A stretch of DNA of 64,000 nucleotides from Escherichia coli O157 typing phage 13. Location: sequence record KP869111; one strand, 5' to 3'. Numbering within the stretch: position 1 is the stretch's first letter; every line of letters begins with the position of its first letter. The notes below the pieces were generated by a model. That model saw only the letters and a list, made by a program, of their open reading frames with translations. It made no database searches and was not told where the DNA came from. The position numbers were made by a program, and so were the translations under genes. Shown piece by piece: positions 1 to 10,078 of the stretch.

Positions 1-2
1 CA

Positions 3-578
3 ATGTTGGAATCTCATGATGGAAAAGATTCTGGCTTAAAACCAGGGCTTTATATAGAAGGTATTTTTCTTCAGGCAGAGGTTGTTAACCGAAATAAACG
101 TTTATATCCTAAACGTGTTTTGGAAAAAGCCGTAAGCGACTATATTAAAGAACAAGTCGCAACCAAACAAGCCCTTGGAGAATTAAATCATCCACCTCGT
201 GCAAATGTTGACCCTATGCAAGCCGCTATCATTATTGAAGATATGTGGTGGAAAGGAAACGATGTATATGGACGTGCTAGAATTATTGAAGGCGACCATG
301 GTCCCGGCGATAAATTAGCTGCTAATATACGAGCTGGTTGGATTCCAGGTGTTTCCTCTCGTGGTCTTGGTTCTTTAACCGACACCAATAAAGGGTACCG
401 TATCGTGAACGAAGGATTTAAATTAACCGTCGGTGTAGATGCCGTATGGGGTCCTTCTGCTCCAGATGCTTGGGTTACTCCTAAACAAATATCAGAATCA
501 GAAAATTCGGTGGAAATCACCAAAAACAGTGCTGATGAAGCATTTAAAGCTCTCGCAGAGAGTTTAAAAGCATTATAA
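3..578 (+). CDS. 21: prohead core protease gp21 (5-prime partial, starts outside window)
   Basis: ORF open from window edge; translation matches T4 gp21 C-terminal region; followed by genes 22 and 23 in T4 order. Confidence 0.9.
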   Translation: MLESHDGKDSGLKPGLYIEGIFLQAEVVNRNKRLYPKRVLEKAVSDYIKEQVATKQALGELNHPPRANVDPMQAAIIIEDMWWKGNDVYGRARIIEGDHGPGDKLAANIRAGWIPGVSSRGLGSLTDTNKGYRIVNEGFKLTVGVDAVWGPSAPDAWVTPKQISESENSVEITKNSADEAFKALAESLKAL

Positions 579-581
579 ATA
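574..581 (+). promoter_or_regulatory. T4-type late promoter (TATAAATA) for gene 22
   Basis: exact TATAAATA about 30 nt upstream of gene 22 start codon. Confidence 0.55.
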
Positions 582-611
582 ATAATGTAATCTAAACCAC
601 AGGACACTAAA

Positions 612-1424
612 ATGATCAAAGAACAACTTTTGAAAGAAGCTCAGAACATCGAGACTTCAGTTGCTCTTAATAGTGTTTTCGAATCAGTAGAACTGTCTCC
701 GGACGTTAAAGCTAATTTCAGCACTGTATTCGAAGCCACCGTTAAGCAGGAAGCAGTCAAACTGGCTGAATCTCATATCAAAGCCATCGCCGAAAAGGCC
801 GAAGAAGAAGTTGAAAAGGCTAAAGAAGATGCTGAAGAGAAAGCTGATAAAAAATTGGCTGAACAAGCTTCTAAATTCCTAGACCATCTTGCAAAAGAAT
901 GGCTCGCAGAAAACCAAATCGCAGTTGATAAAGGCATTAAAGCTGATTTGTTCGAATCCATGCTTGGTGGTCTGAAAGAACTGTTTGTTGAACATAACGT
1001 TGTTGTTCCAGAAGAATCTGTAGATGTTGTAGCAGAAATGGAAGAAGAGCTGGCCGAACATAAAGAAGAAACCGCTCGTTTGTTCGAAGAAGTTACCAAA
1101 CGTGATGCATATATCAATTACGTTCAGCGTGAAACCGCTATTAATGAAAGCGTGAAAGACCTGACTGAATCTCAGAAAGAAAAAGTTATTGGCCTGGTTG
1201 AAGGTATGGATTATTCTGACGCATTTGGTACTAAGTTAACTGCTATTGTAGAAATGGTTAAAGGTTCTACTAAAGAAGAAGCCGCTATTACCGAAAGTAT
1301 AAATACAGTTGACAATGACGCTGCCGGTCTTAATTTTGTTGCCGAAGCAGTTGACACTACCACAACTCAGGTAGAACAGAATTCTAATGTAAGTTTATAT
1401 GCGAAAGTCGCATCTCGTTTCTAA
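612..1424 (+). CDS. 22: prohead core scaffold protein gp22
   Basis: 270 aa acidic Glu/Lys-rich coiled-coil protein; position between 21 and 23; matches T4 gp22 in length and sequence. Confidence 0.9.
   Translation: MIKEQLLKEAQNIETSVALNSVFESVELSPDVKANFSTVFEATVKQEAVKLAESHIKAIAEKAEEEVEKAKEDAEEKADKKLAEQASKFLDHLAKEWLAENQIAVDKGIKADLFESMLGGLKELFVEHNVVVPEESVDVVAEMEEELAEHKEETARLFEEVTKRDAYINYVQRETAINESVKDLTESQKEKVIGLVEGMDYSDAFGTKLTAIVEMVKGSTKEEAAITESINTVDNDAAGLNFVAEAVDTTTTQVEQNSNVSLYAKVASRF
1298..1305 (+). promoter_or_regulatory. possible late promoter (TATAAATA) inside gene 22, upstream of gene 23
   Basis: exact TATAAATA motif; distance to gene 23 start about 137 nt so assignment uncertain. Confidence 0.3.
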
Positions 1425-1441
1425 TTTAAAGGTTAACACAA

Positions 1442-3004
1442 ATGACTACTATCAAAACTAAAGCTCAGCTCGTAGACAAATGGAAAGAACTGCTGGAAGG
1501 TGAAGGCCTGCCGGAAATCGCTAATAGCAAGCAGGCTATTATCGCTAAAATCTTCGAAAACCAGGAAAAAGATTTCGAAGTATCCCCTGAATATAAAGAC
1601 GAGAAAATCGCTCAGGCATTTGGTTCTTTCTTGACCGAAGCTGAAATTGGTGGTGACCATGGTTATAATGCTCAGAACATCGCAGCAGGTCAAACCTCTG
1701 GTGCAGTAACCCAAATTGGGCCAGCAGTTATGGGTATGGTTCGTCGTGCTATTCCTAATCTGATCGCTTTTGATATTTGTGGTGTTCAGCCTATGAACAG
1801 CCCTACCGGTCAGGTATTTGCTCTCCGTGCAGTATATGGTAAAGACCCTATCGCTGCTGACGCTAAAGAAGCTTTCCATCCGATGTATGCTCCAGATGCG
1901 ATGTTCTCTGGTCAGGGTGCTGCTAAGAAATTCCCAGCTCTGGCTGCTAGCACACAAACCACAGTAGGTGATATCTATACTCACTTCTTCCAGGAAACTG
2001 GTACTGTATATCTGCAAGCTTCTGTTCAAGTAACAATCGATGCGACCGATGCTGCTAAATTAGATGCCGAAGTTAAGAAACAAATGGAAGCTGGTGCACT
2101 GGTAGAAATCGCTGAAGGTATGGCTACTTCTATCGCTGAACTCCAGGAAGGTTTCAACGGTTCTACCGATAACCCATGGAATGAAATGGGCTTCCGTATC
2201 GATAAACAAGTTATTGAAGCTAAATCTCGCCAGCTGAAAGCTGCTTACTCTATCGAATTAGCACAAGACCTCCGTGCAGTACACGGTATGGATGCTGATG
2301 CTGAACTGAGCGGTATTCTGGCTACAGAAATTATGCTAGAAATCAACCGTGAAGTTGTTGATTGGATTAACTACTCAGCACAGGTTGGTAAATCTGGTAT
2401 GACCCTGACTCCGGGTTCTAAAGCTGGTGTATTTGACTTCCAGGACCCGATTGATATCCGTGGTGCTCGTTGGGCCGGTGAAAGCTTTAAATCTCTGTTG
2501 TTCCAGATTGATAAAGAAGCAGTTGAAATTGCTCGTCAAACCGGTCGTGGTGAAGGTAACTTCATTATCGCTTCCCGTAACGTAGTTAACGTACTGGCTT
2601 CAGTTGATACTGGTATTTCTTACGCTGCACAGGGTCTGGCTTCCGGTTTTAATACCGACACTACTAAGTCTGTATTTGCCGGTGTACTTGGTGGTAAATA
2701 CCGCGTATACATCGACCAGTATGCTAAACAGGATTATTTCACCGTTGGTTACAAAGGCGCTAACGAAATGGATGCAGGTATTTACTATGCTCCTTACGTT
2801 GCACTTACCCCACTGCGTGGTTCTGATCCTAAGAACTTCCAGCCGGTAATGGGCTTTAAAACTCGTTACGGTATCGGTGTTAACCCGTTTGCTGAAAGTT
2901 CCCTGCAGGCTCCAGGTGCTCGCATCCAGTCCGGTATGCCATCTATCCTGAACAGCCTTGGTAAGAACGCTTACTTCCGCCGTGTATATGTAAAAGGCAT
3001 CTAA
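1442..3004 (+). CDS. 23: major capsid protein gp23
   Basis: 520 aa; near-identical to T4 gp23 over its length (T4 is 521 aa). Confidence 0.97.
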   Translation: MTTIKTKAQLVDKWKELLEGEGLPEIANSKQAIIAKIFENQEKDFEVSPEYKDEKIAQAFGSFLTEAEIGGDHGYNAQNIAAGQTSGAVTQIGPAVMGMVRRAIPNLIAFDICGVQPMNSPTGQVFALRAVYGKDPIAADAKEAFHPMYAPDAMFSGQGAAKKFPALAASTQTTVGDIYTHFFQETGTVYLQASVQVTIDATDAAKLDAEVKKQMEAGALVEIAEGMATSIAELQEGFNGSTDNPWNEMGFRIDKQVIEAKSRQLKAAYSIELAQDLRAVHGMDADAELSGILATEIMLEINREVVDWINYSAQVGKSGMTLTPGSKAGVFDFQDPIDIRGARWAGESFKSLLFQIDKEAVEIARQTGRGEGNFIIASRNVVNVLASVDTGISYAAQGLASGFNTDTTKSVFAGVLGGKYRVYIDQYAKQDYFTVGYKGANEMDAGIYYAPYVALTPLRGSDPKNFQPVMGFKTRYGIGVNPFAESSLQAPGARIQSGMPSILNSLGKNAYFRRVYVKGI

Positions 3005-3028
3005 TCTTAATTGATTAAATCTTATTTT

Positions 3029-3046
3029 GGGAGACTTCGGTCTCCC
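3029..3046. terminator. GGGAGACTTCGGTCTCCC hairpin (UUCG tetraloop) plus T-run after gene 23
   Basis: perfect 7-bp stem with TTCG loop followed by ATTTTTGGTTTT. Confidence 0.7.
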
Positions 3047-3056
3047 ATTTTTGGTT

Positions 3057-3326
3057 TTATTTCTGTGCAATTTTGATGTAAGTTTTCAAAATATTTTGCC
3101 AATTAGGCATACCTTCTTGGACATATGCCGGAGAACCATCTTTGTTTTTGAATGATGCAAGTTTATCAGTGGCCCAATAACCTTTAGCTCGAGCTTCAGA
3201 ATCAACTTTCATCCATACTTTGTTGAAGGCATTACCATTAACTTTTGCACCATATTTTTCTACTAACTTAACTGCTTCAGCTTCCAGAACTTTTAAAGTA
3301 TCTCGTAAGAAACGTGCTTTAGTCAT
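3057..3326 (-). CDS. hypothetical early protein, antisense to capsid genes (position of segD in T4)
   Basis: 89 aa ORF with Shine-Dalgarno GAGGAG and upstream early-type promoter; no nuclease motifs. Confidence 0.5.
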   Translation of the reverse strand: MTKARFLRDTLKVLEAEAVKLVEKYGAKVNGNAFNKVWMKVDSEARAKGYWATDKLASFKNKDGSPAYVQEGMPNWQNILKTYIKIAQK

Positions 3327-3352
3327 TTTGTTTACTCCTCTGTAGTTGATAA

Positions 3353-3386
3353 GTCTATAGTATCACATACCAAATACGTTGTAAAC
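3353..3386 (-). promoter_or_regulatory. early-type promoter (GTTTAC -35 box, TACTAT-like -10)
   Basis: GTTTAC on minus strand, 17-nt spacer, A/T-rich -10; same architecture recurs at more than 15 sites. Confidence 0.55.
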
Positions 3387-3392
3387 AATCTT

Positions 3393-3400
3393 TATAAATA
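3393..3400 (+). promoter_or_regulatory. late promoter (TATAAATA) for gene 24
   Basis: exact TATAAATA 28 nt upstream of gene 24 ATG. Confidence 0.55.
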
Positions 3401-3427
3401 ATCTATATCACATAAGGAAAAAATGCA

Positions 3428-4711
3428 ATGAGTAAAATCCAAAAATTATTGCGTGAATCTACAACGTCTACTAGCAACTCAATTGGTCGCCCAAATCTCG
3501 TTGCTTTGACTCGCGCTACGACTAAATTAATATATTCTGACATTGTAGCAACACAAAGAACTAATCAACCTGTTGCTGCTTTTTATGGTATCAAATATCT
3601 TAACCCAGATAACGAATTCACATTTAAAACCGGTGCTACTTATGCTGGCGAAGTTGGATATGTAGACCGAGAAAAAATTACTGAACTCACAGAAGAATCA
3701 AAAGTCACACTAAATAAAGGTGATTTTTTCAAATATAATAATATCGTCTATAAAGTGTTAGAAGATACACCATTTGCAGATATTCAAGAAAGTGATCTAG
3801 AATTAGCTCTTCAGATTGCAGTCGTTCATTTAAAGGTACGGTTATTTTCAGATGCAGCGGTAACAAGCAAATTTGAAAGCTCTGATAGCGAAATTTCTGA
3901 TGCAAGATTCCAGATTAATAAATGGCAAACTTCAGTCAAATCTCGCAAACTTAAAACTGGTCTCACGGTTGAATTAGCGCAAGATTTGGAAGCGAATGGA
4001 TTTGATGCCCCTAACTTCTTAGAGGATTTGCTTGCTACTGAAATGGCTGATGAAATTAATAAAGATATTCTTCAGTCTTTAATTACTGTATCGAAACGTT
4101 ATAAAGTTACTGGAATTACTGACACCGGATTTATTGACTTGAGCTATGCATCCGCTCCAGAAGCAGGTCGTTCATTATATCGAATGGTGTGTGAAATGGT
4201 ATCACACATTCAAAAAGAGACAACTTATACTGCAACGTTTTGTGTAGCCTCAGCTCGTGCAGCTGCTATTCTTGCTGCTTCCGGTTGGTTAAAACATAAG
4301 CCAGAAGATGACAAGTATCTTTCACAAAATGCTTATGGATTCTTGGCAAATGGATTACCTCTTTACTGCGATACCAACAGTCCGTTAGATTATGTTATTG
4401 TTGGTGTTGTAGAAAATATCGGCGAAAAAGAAATTGTAGGGTCCATCTTTTATGCTCCATACACTGAAGGAGTAGATTTAGATGACCCGGAACATGTTGG
4501 TGCATTTAAAGTTGTAGTTGATCCAGAAAGCTTGCAACCGTCTATCGGATTATTGGTTAGATATGCTTTATCAGCAAATCCTTACACAGTAGCAAAAGAC
4601 GAAAAAGAAGCGAGAATAATTGATGGTGGGGACATGGATAAAATGGCAGGACGTTCAGACTTGTCTGTTTTACTCGGTGTTAAATTGCCTAAAATTATTA
4701 TAGATGAATAA
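3428..4711 (+). CDS. 24: capsid vertex protein gp24
   Basis: 427 aa, same length as T4 gp24; gp23 paralogue downstream of 23. Confidence 0.95.
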   Translation: MSKIQKLLRESTTSTSNSIGRPNLVALTRATTKLIYSDIVATQRTNQPVAAFYGIKYLNPDNEFTFKTGATYAGEVGYVDREKITELTEESKVTLNKGDFFKYNNIVYKVLEDTPFADIQESDLELALQIAVVHLKVRLFSDAAVTSKFESSDSEISDARFQINKWQTSVKSRKLKTGLTVELAQDLEANGFDAPNFLEDLLATEMADEINKDILQSLITVSKRYKVTGITDTGFIDLSYASAPEAGRSLYRMVCEMVSHIQKETTYTATFCVASARAAAILAASGWLKHKPEDDKYLSQNAYGFLANGLPLYCDTNSPLDYVIVGVVENIGEKEIVGSIFYAPYTEGVDLDDPEHVGAFKVVVDPESLQPSIGLLVRYALSANPYTVAKDEKEARIIDGGDMDKMAGRSDLSVLLGVKLPKIIIDE

Positions 4712-4722
4712 ACAAAAAAAAA

Positions 4723-4738
4723 GGGACCTTACGGTCCC
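4723..4738. terminator. bidirectional hairpin GGGACCTTACGGTCCC between gene 24 and rnlB
   Basis: stem-loop flanked by A-run and T-run between convergent genes. Confidence 0.65.
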
Positions 4739-4745
4739 TTTTTCG

Positions 4746-5744
4746 TTATGATACTAATTCAATCCATGCAGGACGCAGAACATCTTGCACCATTCGGACT
4801 AATTCTTTCTTAACAAGATTCGGATTATCGGATGATGTTAATACAATACCTTCACGAGAAGTTTCTTCCAGAATATCTTGAACAGTCAATCCCATCACTT
4901 TGCCAAAATCTTTTGGCGTTACAGTCCCAATCTTAGAAATCACATTATTAACACGGTTTAATGTAACATAACAAGCTAGGACATCAAGCAAGTTTTTGTC
5001 AATTTCGGTTAATGGAACCTGAGTTTTAATAGGCTTATCAGACTTTTTCTTTTCACTGAATTTAGAGTTCTTACACTTAATAGCTACACGAGTACCGTTT
5101 GGCAGCCATTTAGGGAAACAAGGCTTCAGAACATAACCTTCTGCTGTATTATCACCAATAACATTAGCATCAAATACGCAATTATTTGCTTCGACAAGGT
5201 CTTCTGACGCAGTAGCATTATAAGCGGCTAAGACGGAATCAAGGTCGTTTGGAATCATGATAAGAGCATCAAATGTGCCACGACCAAGCATTGGTGCCAT
5301 TTTAAAACCGAATTCATTACAGAAATCTTGCATTTCGTAATCAGTCAAATACGTATTATCACCACTTTCTGTATTGATAATGATATCGAACACATAAAAA
5401 TCTTTTTCACCGTAGTCAACACCTTTCTGGATTCCACCACCAGCGAATTCACCGAATACTTGATATGATACGGCTCGAGCTGTGTACATGAATTCCTGAA
5501 CGGCTTTAATAGCTTTATCATACTTCTTGAGTACGATTTCATAACCATAAAAATCTTCTGCTGGAAGAATAGGGCCTGTGCGCTTGGCGCATGTGACGTT
5601 GTCACGTTCAATAATTAAACTAAAGTTGGTCCCATGGATTTTCTCACGTGCTACCCAAACACCAGTAGTCAAACCATTAGTGTAGAGTTTTTCAATAAAC
5701 TTAGAGTTGTAGTGGTTTTCAAGACTGCTGTATTTCTTAAACAT
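4746..5744 (-). CDS. rnlB: RNA ligase 2 (Rnl2)
   Basis: 332 aa; KIHGTN nucleotidyltransferase lysine motif near N-terminus; T4 position after gene 24. Confidence 0.9.
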   Translation of the reverse strand: MFKKYSSLENHYNSKFIEKLYTNGLTTGVWVAREKIHGTNFSLIIERDNVTCAKRTGPILPAEDFYGYEIVLKKYDKAIKAVQEFMYTARAVSYQVFGEFAGGGIQKGVDYGEKDFYVFDIIINTESGDNTYLTDYEMQDFCNEFGFKMAPMLGRGTFDALIMIPNDLDSVLAAYNATASEDLVEANNCVFDANVIGDNTAEGYVLKPCFPKWLPNGTRVAIKCKNSKFSEKKKSDKPIKTQVPLTEIDKNLLDVLACYVTLNRVNNVISKIGTVTPKDFGKVMGLTVQDILEETSREGIVLTSSDNPNLVKKELVRMVQDVLRPAWIELVS

Positions 5745-5835
5745 AAATCACCATTATAAATAATAATATCAAAATAATTAGCAGAGACTCTGTCTCCGAC
5801 CCGATGTTTAATTTGAATGGATAGAACCTAGATTC

Positions 5836-5861
5836 ATTATACCATCAAAAAATGTAAAGCA
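5836..5861 (-). promoter_or_regulatory. candidate MotA-dependent middle promoter upstream of rnlB
   Basis: minus strand reads TGCTTTA, 13-nt spacer, TATAAT. Confidence 0.45.
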
Positions 5862-5863
5862 TA

Positions 5864-6115
5864 TTAGAACTTGATTTCTATCCAATGCCCATCACGTTGG
5901 TCATGATTAATTTTGTACTGAAAGCCGTTATCACGAAGCCATTGACCGACTTGCTCGGTGATAGTTAAATCATTCTTTGATGGATAGTACGTGAATTGTG
6001 TCTGGCCTTTGTCAGCGGCTTTCTCTGCCATCACAGAGAAGTTAGTAATAAAATCACTCAACAAATTGGCTTTAGTGGCCAGAGCCCTTTCTCTTAATTC
6101 CTGTGCAAAACTCAT
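5864..6115 (-). CDS. hypothetical protein (24.2-like position)
   Basis: 83 aa ORF between rnlB and hoc, codirectional. Confidence 0.5.
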   Translation of the reverse strand: MSFAQELRERALATKANLLSDFITNFSVMAEKAADKGQTQFTYYPSKNDLTITEQVGQWLRDNGFQYKINHDQRDGHWIEIKF

Positions 6116-6312
6116 TTCTTCACCTTTTTGTTAATCAAACGTTTACGGTATACAACTTTTTCTTTTGCTTTAAACTTTGACCGAGCTGTCTCGGCTTTAG
6201 TCCATAGTAATCCAACTTCTTTAGGTTGTAAACCGATTTTTTGAGCAATTTCTACGAATGAAAATCCCGCCTCATGTAATGTATAAACTTCAACTTCAGC
6301 TCTCATAATCAA
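6112..6312 (-). CDS. small hypothetical protein with helix-turn-helix-like segment (24.3-like position)
   Basis: 66 aa basic ORF; overlaps downstream gene by 4 nt. Confidence 0.45.
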   Translation of the reverse strand: MIMRAEVEVYTLHEAGFSFVEIAQKIGLQPKEVGLLWTKAETARSKFKAKEKVVYRKRLINKKVKK

Positions 6313-6387
6313 TCCAGTATTATTTGGTTTGTGCCATTATATACATCAATCTCAAGATGTGTTTTGTATGCTTTAAAAACGAAGAAA

Positions 6388-6401
6388 GGGGCCGAAGCCC
6401 C
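6388..6401 (-). terminator. GGGGCCGAAGCCCC hairpin after hoc
   Basis: GC stem with CGAA on plus strand (UUCG on minus transcript). Confidence 0.55.
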
Positions 6402-6407
6402 TTACGA

Positions 6408-7823
6408 TTATGGATATGTATAGATGATACCAGTTTCTAAAGCAGTTTTATGGATGATGTATCCATTACGTGATTCTTGAACATCAACTTCTGGATAGTC
6501 TTTCATCATCTTCTGAAGAGTGTAACGATGCAGGTAGTATTTACTATCTGGATCGTCAATTTTCCAATCTTTACCTTCTTCAGTCATTTTTTGTATTTCA
6601 TCCATAACCCACCAACCGCACCAGATGTAAGCTGAAGTACGATGTGGAAGAGGATGAACATAAGGTAATTCACCTTCTGGTTCAATTGGAGTCCGTTCAG
6701 CAATAACAACTTCAGCGGTTGAACTAATTGTCTTTGAAGTATAATTATCTTTAGTTAATACTGCTTCAACTTTAATTGTATGAGTACCCGCTGAGGAGGT
6801 ATCAATACTGTAAGTATTGGTAGAATTACTTTCTGCTACGTTGTCTTTCTTCCAAGAATATACAATATTAGTATCACCTGGAGCACCAGTAACAGATGCT
6901 GTTAAAGTTGCAGTTCCACCAACAGTAGTATTAACTGATGGCGGAGATAAAGAAATGGTGGCACTATTAAATGTCGCATTATTAGTTACTACTGTTGCTT
7001 CTGCTGAAATTTCTTTTGTAACATAATCTGTTGCAGAAACAGATACGGTGCATTTAAGAGTTTTACTTCCGACCTCGGTTGGAGTGAATTTATACGTAGC
7101 AGAAGTTGCATCCGGAATATTACTGTCATCCATTGACCACTGGAATGATGTAGTAGCACCTGGAGGTGCACTAGAGACATTTGCAGTTAAAGTAATAGGA
7201 ACACCAAAGACCGTAGTCGGAGACTCAGGCGTAATTTTTAGTGTTGAAGAATTAGCCTTTTTATTTACAGTCAAAGAAACCGCTGATGATTCTACTGTTT
7301 TATCAACGTAATCAGTTGCAGTCACTGTGACAGAACAAGTTATAGACTTAGTTCCTTCGGATGTTGGTATATATTCAAAGGTTGATTGCTTTTGACCATC
7401 AACAGCGACCCCGTCAACTTTCCATGTATAAGCAATAGCAGCACCACTAGGTTGATTGCTTACATTAGCAGTGAATGTTGTTGCTGTTCCAATTTCTACT
7501 GCCGCCGGAGAAGCCGGAGTAACAGCGACGGTAGAATTATTTTCTTTCTTATTAACAGTGATAGTTGTTGACGCTTCAGCTATTTCCGGATCTCCTGCGG
7601 AAAGTGTATTAGTTGCAACCACTTTAATTTTTTTTGTTCCTGCTGGAGAAGCAAGAGTATAATCCATTGTAGCAGCCGTAGAATCCTGTGCTATATCATC
7701 TACAGTCCAGACGTATGTAATAGTACCATCCGGAGTTTCACCTGCAGGTGTAGCAGTGAATGTTTGTGAACCTCCAATAACCCCTGTAGGAGTTATTGGA
7801 GATAACGTGACAGTGAATGTCAT
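6408..7823 (-). CDS. hoc: highly immunogenic outer capsid protein Hoc with four Ig-like repeats
   Basis: 471 aa; four tandem Thr/Ser-rich Ig-like modules of about 95 aa plus C-terminal capsid-binding region; T4 position. Confidence 0.8.
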   Translation of the reverse strand: MTFTVTLSPITPTGVIGGSQTFTATPAGETPDGTITYVWTVDDIAQDSTAATMDYTLASPAGTKKIKVVATNTLSAGDPEIAEASTTITVNKKENNSTVAVTPASPAAVEIGTATTFTANVSNQPSGAAIAYTWKVDGVAVDGQKQSTFEYIPTSEGTKSITCSVTVTATDYVDKTVESSAVSLTVNKKANSSTLKITPESPTTVFGVPITLTANVSSAPPGATTSFQWSMDDSNIPDATSATYKFTPTEVGSKTLKCTVSVSATDYVTKEISAEATVVTNNATFNSATISLSPPSVNTTVGGTATLTASVTGAPGDTNIVYSWKKDNVAESNSTNTYSIDTSSAGTHTIKVEAVLTKDNYTSKTISSTAEVVIAERTPIEPEGELPYVHPLPHRTSAYIWCGWWVMDEIQKMTEEGKDWKIDDPDSKYYLHRYTLQKMMKDYPEVDVQESRNGYIIHKTALETGIIYTYP

Positions 7824-7832
7824 AAGTTATCC

Positions 7833-8501
7833 TTATTTTAATGTTATGAAAGAAGAATTACGAGTTTCACGAATTAGAACTGATCCGTCGCGATTAATAT
7901 AATAAATTAAGCTAAATAATGTTTGGTGAGCAGAAGCATGTACAAAACTAGTTGGGCGAGATTTCCAATCTGGGGTTTCGGCTATCCATTGATAAATCCA
8001 CCAAGGAACAGTAACATACCCTGGGCCTTTGCCTAATTTAATGAGTGTAGGACTAAAATTTTCAGGCAGAACAAATTTTACTTCTTTATTTACCTCTGAC
8101 TCAGGCTCTTTTTCAGATTCAACAACCTGAGTAATTGCTTCTTCGAATTTATCATGGTCGAATTCTTTTTCTTGTTCGACAACTTCTAATACTTCAACTT
8201 GTTCTGTTGGAGAATCAAACAACAGAATAGCTTCTTCTTTAACTTCTTCGTTGGTGAAATTAACACCATCCACATCATCTGCGGCAGTAATTAAATCAGT
8301 GATAGATAATCCATCAGTTTCAGGTAATGGTTCATCAGCCAGTGCGTTAAGAGCTTCTTCGATATCAATAACAATATTATCGAATGATTTTGTTTTCTTA
8401 ACACTAATGCCAAATTGTTTCGCATATTCGAACAGTTTAGCTTTGGCTTCCTTTTTATCAGAAAGAGCACGTAACTCTTCAATATAGTCTTTATCGATCA
8501 T
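7833..8501 (-). CDS. inh: Inh (inhibitor of prohead protease)-like protein
   Basis: 222 aa acidic protein between hoc and uvsW, as in T4 (226 aa). Confidence 0.65.
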   Translation of the reverse strand: MIDKDYIEELRALSDKKEAKAKLFEYAKQFGISVKKTKSFDNIVIDIEEALNALADEPLPETDGLSITDLITAADDVDGVNFTNEEVKEEAILLFDSPTEQVEVLEVVEQEKEFDHDKFEEAITQVVESEKEPESEVNKEVKFVLPENFSPTLIKLGKGPGYVTVPWWIYQWIAETPDWKSRPTSFVHASAHQTLFSLIYYINRDGSVLIRETRNSSFITLK

Positions 8502-8513
8502 GGTATTTCCTCA

Positions 8514-8521
8514 TTATAAAT
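8514..8521 (+). promoter_or_regulatory. late promoter (TATAAATA) for uvsW
   Basis: exact TATAAATA 30 nt upstream of uvsW ATG. Confidence 0.5.
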
Positions 8522-8551
8522 ATAACTATATTTATTACATGGTAATTTGAC

Positions 8552-10066
8552 ATGACTGACATTAAAGTACATTTTTATGATTTTAGTCACGTGCGCATTG
8601 AATGCGACGAAAGTACGTTTTATGAACTTCGTGACTTTTTTAGCTTTGAAGCTGACGGGTATAAATTTAACCCAAAATATCGCTATGGGCAATGGGATGG
8701 TAGAATTCGACTTTTAGATTACAATCGTTTGTTACCATATGGACTTGTAGGACAAATAAAAAAGTTCTGTAACAATATGAGTTATTCTGTATGGATTGAC
8801 CCTAAAATCTTTGAGACTGAAGACCTTACCAGGGAAGATTTTGACGCATGGCTTTCTAAACAAGAAATTTATTCGGGCAACACCAAAATCGAACCACATT
8901 GGTATCAAAAAGATGCAGTATATGAAGGACTAGTTAATCGTCGTCGAATTTTAAACCTTCCGACATCAGCAGGTAAATCACTAATCCAAGCACTTTTAGC
9001 TCGGTATTATTTAGAGAACTATGAAGGTAAAATTCTCATTATCGTCCCTACAACAGCATTGACAACCCAAATGGCTAATGATTTTGTTGATTATCGCTTG
9101 TTTAGTCATTCGATGATTAAGAAAATTGGCGGTGGTGCTGATAAAGCGGACAAATCTAAAAACGACGCTCCAATTATTGTTGGCACATGGCAAACGGTAG
9201 TTAAGCAGCCTAAAGAATGGTTCTCTCAGTTCGGTATGATGATGAACGATGAATGCCACTTAGCAACAGGCAAAAGTATTTCTTCAATCATCGCAGGATT
9301 AAATAATTGCATGTTTAAATTCGGTTTATCCGGCTCATTAAGAGACGGAAAAGCCAATGTAATGCAGTACGTAGGTATGTTCGGCGAAATCTTCCGTCCT
9401 GTTAGCACGTCTAAATTAATGGAAGACGGACAGGTAACTGAGCTTAAGATTAATAGTATTTTCCTTCGTTATCCGGACGAATTCACCGTTAAATTAAAAG
9501 GTAAAACATACCAAGAAGAAGTTAAAATTATTACCGGACTAAAACGTCGTACAAAGTGGATTGCTCAACTTTCGGTCAAATTGGCTAAGAAAGACGAGAA
9601 CGCCTTTGTAATGTTTAAACACGTTACACACGGTAAAGAAATATTTGAAGCTATTAAAGAGCTTGGATACGAAAAAGTTTATTACGTATCAGGTGAAGTT
9701 GATACTGAAACACGTAACGCGCTTAAAGTCATGGCAGAAAATGGTAAAGGCATTATTATTGTCGCATCATATGGAGTATTCTCTACTGGTATTTCAGTCA
9801 AGAATCTTCATCATGTTATTTTTGCTCATGGTGTTAAATCAAAAATTATCGTACTTCAAACCGTAGGTCGTGTGCTTCGCAAGCATGGTTCTAAAGCTGT
9901 TGCTACAGTTTGGGATCTCATCGACGATGCAGGTGTAAAACCTAAATCATTAAATACTAAAAAGAAGTATACTCATCTTAATTACTTGTTAAAACACGGT
10001 ATTGATCGTATCCAACGTTACGCTGATGAGAAATTTAACTATGTAATGAAAACAATTAATTTATAA
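8552..10066 (+). CDS. uvsW: UvsW SF2 DNA/RNA helicase
   Basis: 504 aa; Walker A PTSAGKS, DECH box, helicase C motifs; matches T4 UvsW. Confidence 0.95.
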   Translation: MTDIKVHFYDFSHVRIECDESTFYELRDFFSFEADGYKFNPKYRYGQWDGRIRLLDYNRLLPYGLVGQIKKFCNNMSYSVWIDPKIFETEDLTREDFDAWLSKQEIYSGNTKIEPHWYQKDAVYEGLVNRRRILNLPTSAGKSLIQALLARYYLENYEGKILIIVPTTALTTQMANDFVDYRLFSHSMIKKIGGGADKADKSKNDAPIIVGTWQTVVKQPKEWFSQFGMMMNDECHLATGKSISSIIAGLNNCMFKFGLSGSLRDGKANVMQYVGMFGEIFRPVSTSKLMEDGQVTELKINSIFLRYPDEFTVKLKGKTYQEEVKIITGLKRRTKWIAQLSVKLAKKDENAFVMFKHVTHGKEIFEAIKELGYEKVYYVSGEVDTETRNALKVMAENGKGIIIVASYGVFSTGISVKNLHHVIFAHGVKSKIIVLQTVGRVLRKHGSKAVATVWDLIDDAGVKPKSLNTKKKYTHLNYLLKHGIDRIQRYADEKFNYVMKTINL

Positions 10067-10078
10067 GGGCTTCGGCCC
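10067..10078 (+). terminator. GGGCTTCGGCCC hairpin after uvsW
   Basis: UUCG tetraloop hairpin directly after stop codon. Confidence 0.5.

Noticed and set aside
188-619. 143-aa ORF on the minus strand inside gene 21, and similar antisense ORFs inside genes 22, 23, hoc, uvsW, alt, nrdA, rnh and gp37
   Set aside because: They lie wholly within strongly supported genes on the opposite strand, lack promoters or ribosome-binding sites, and have low-complexity translations; treated as shadow ORFs.
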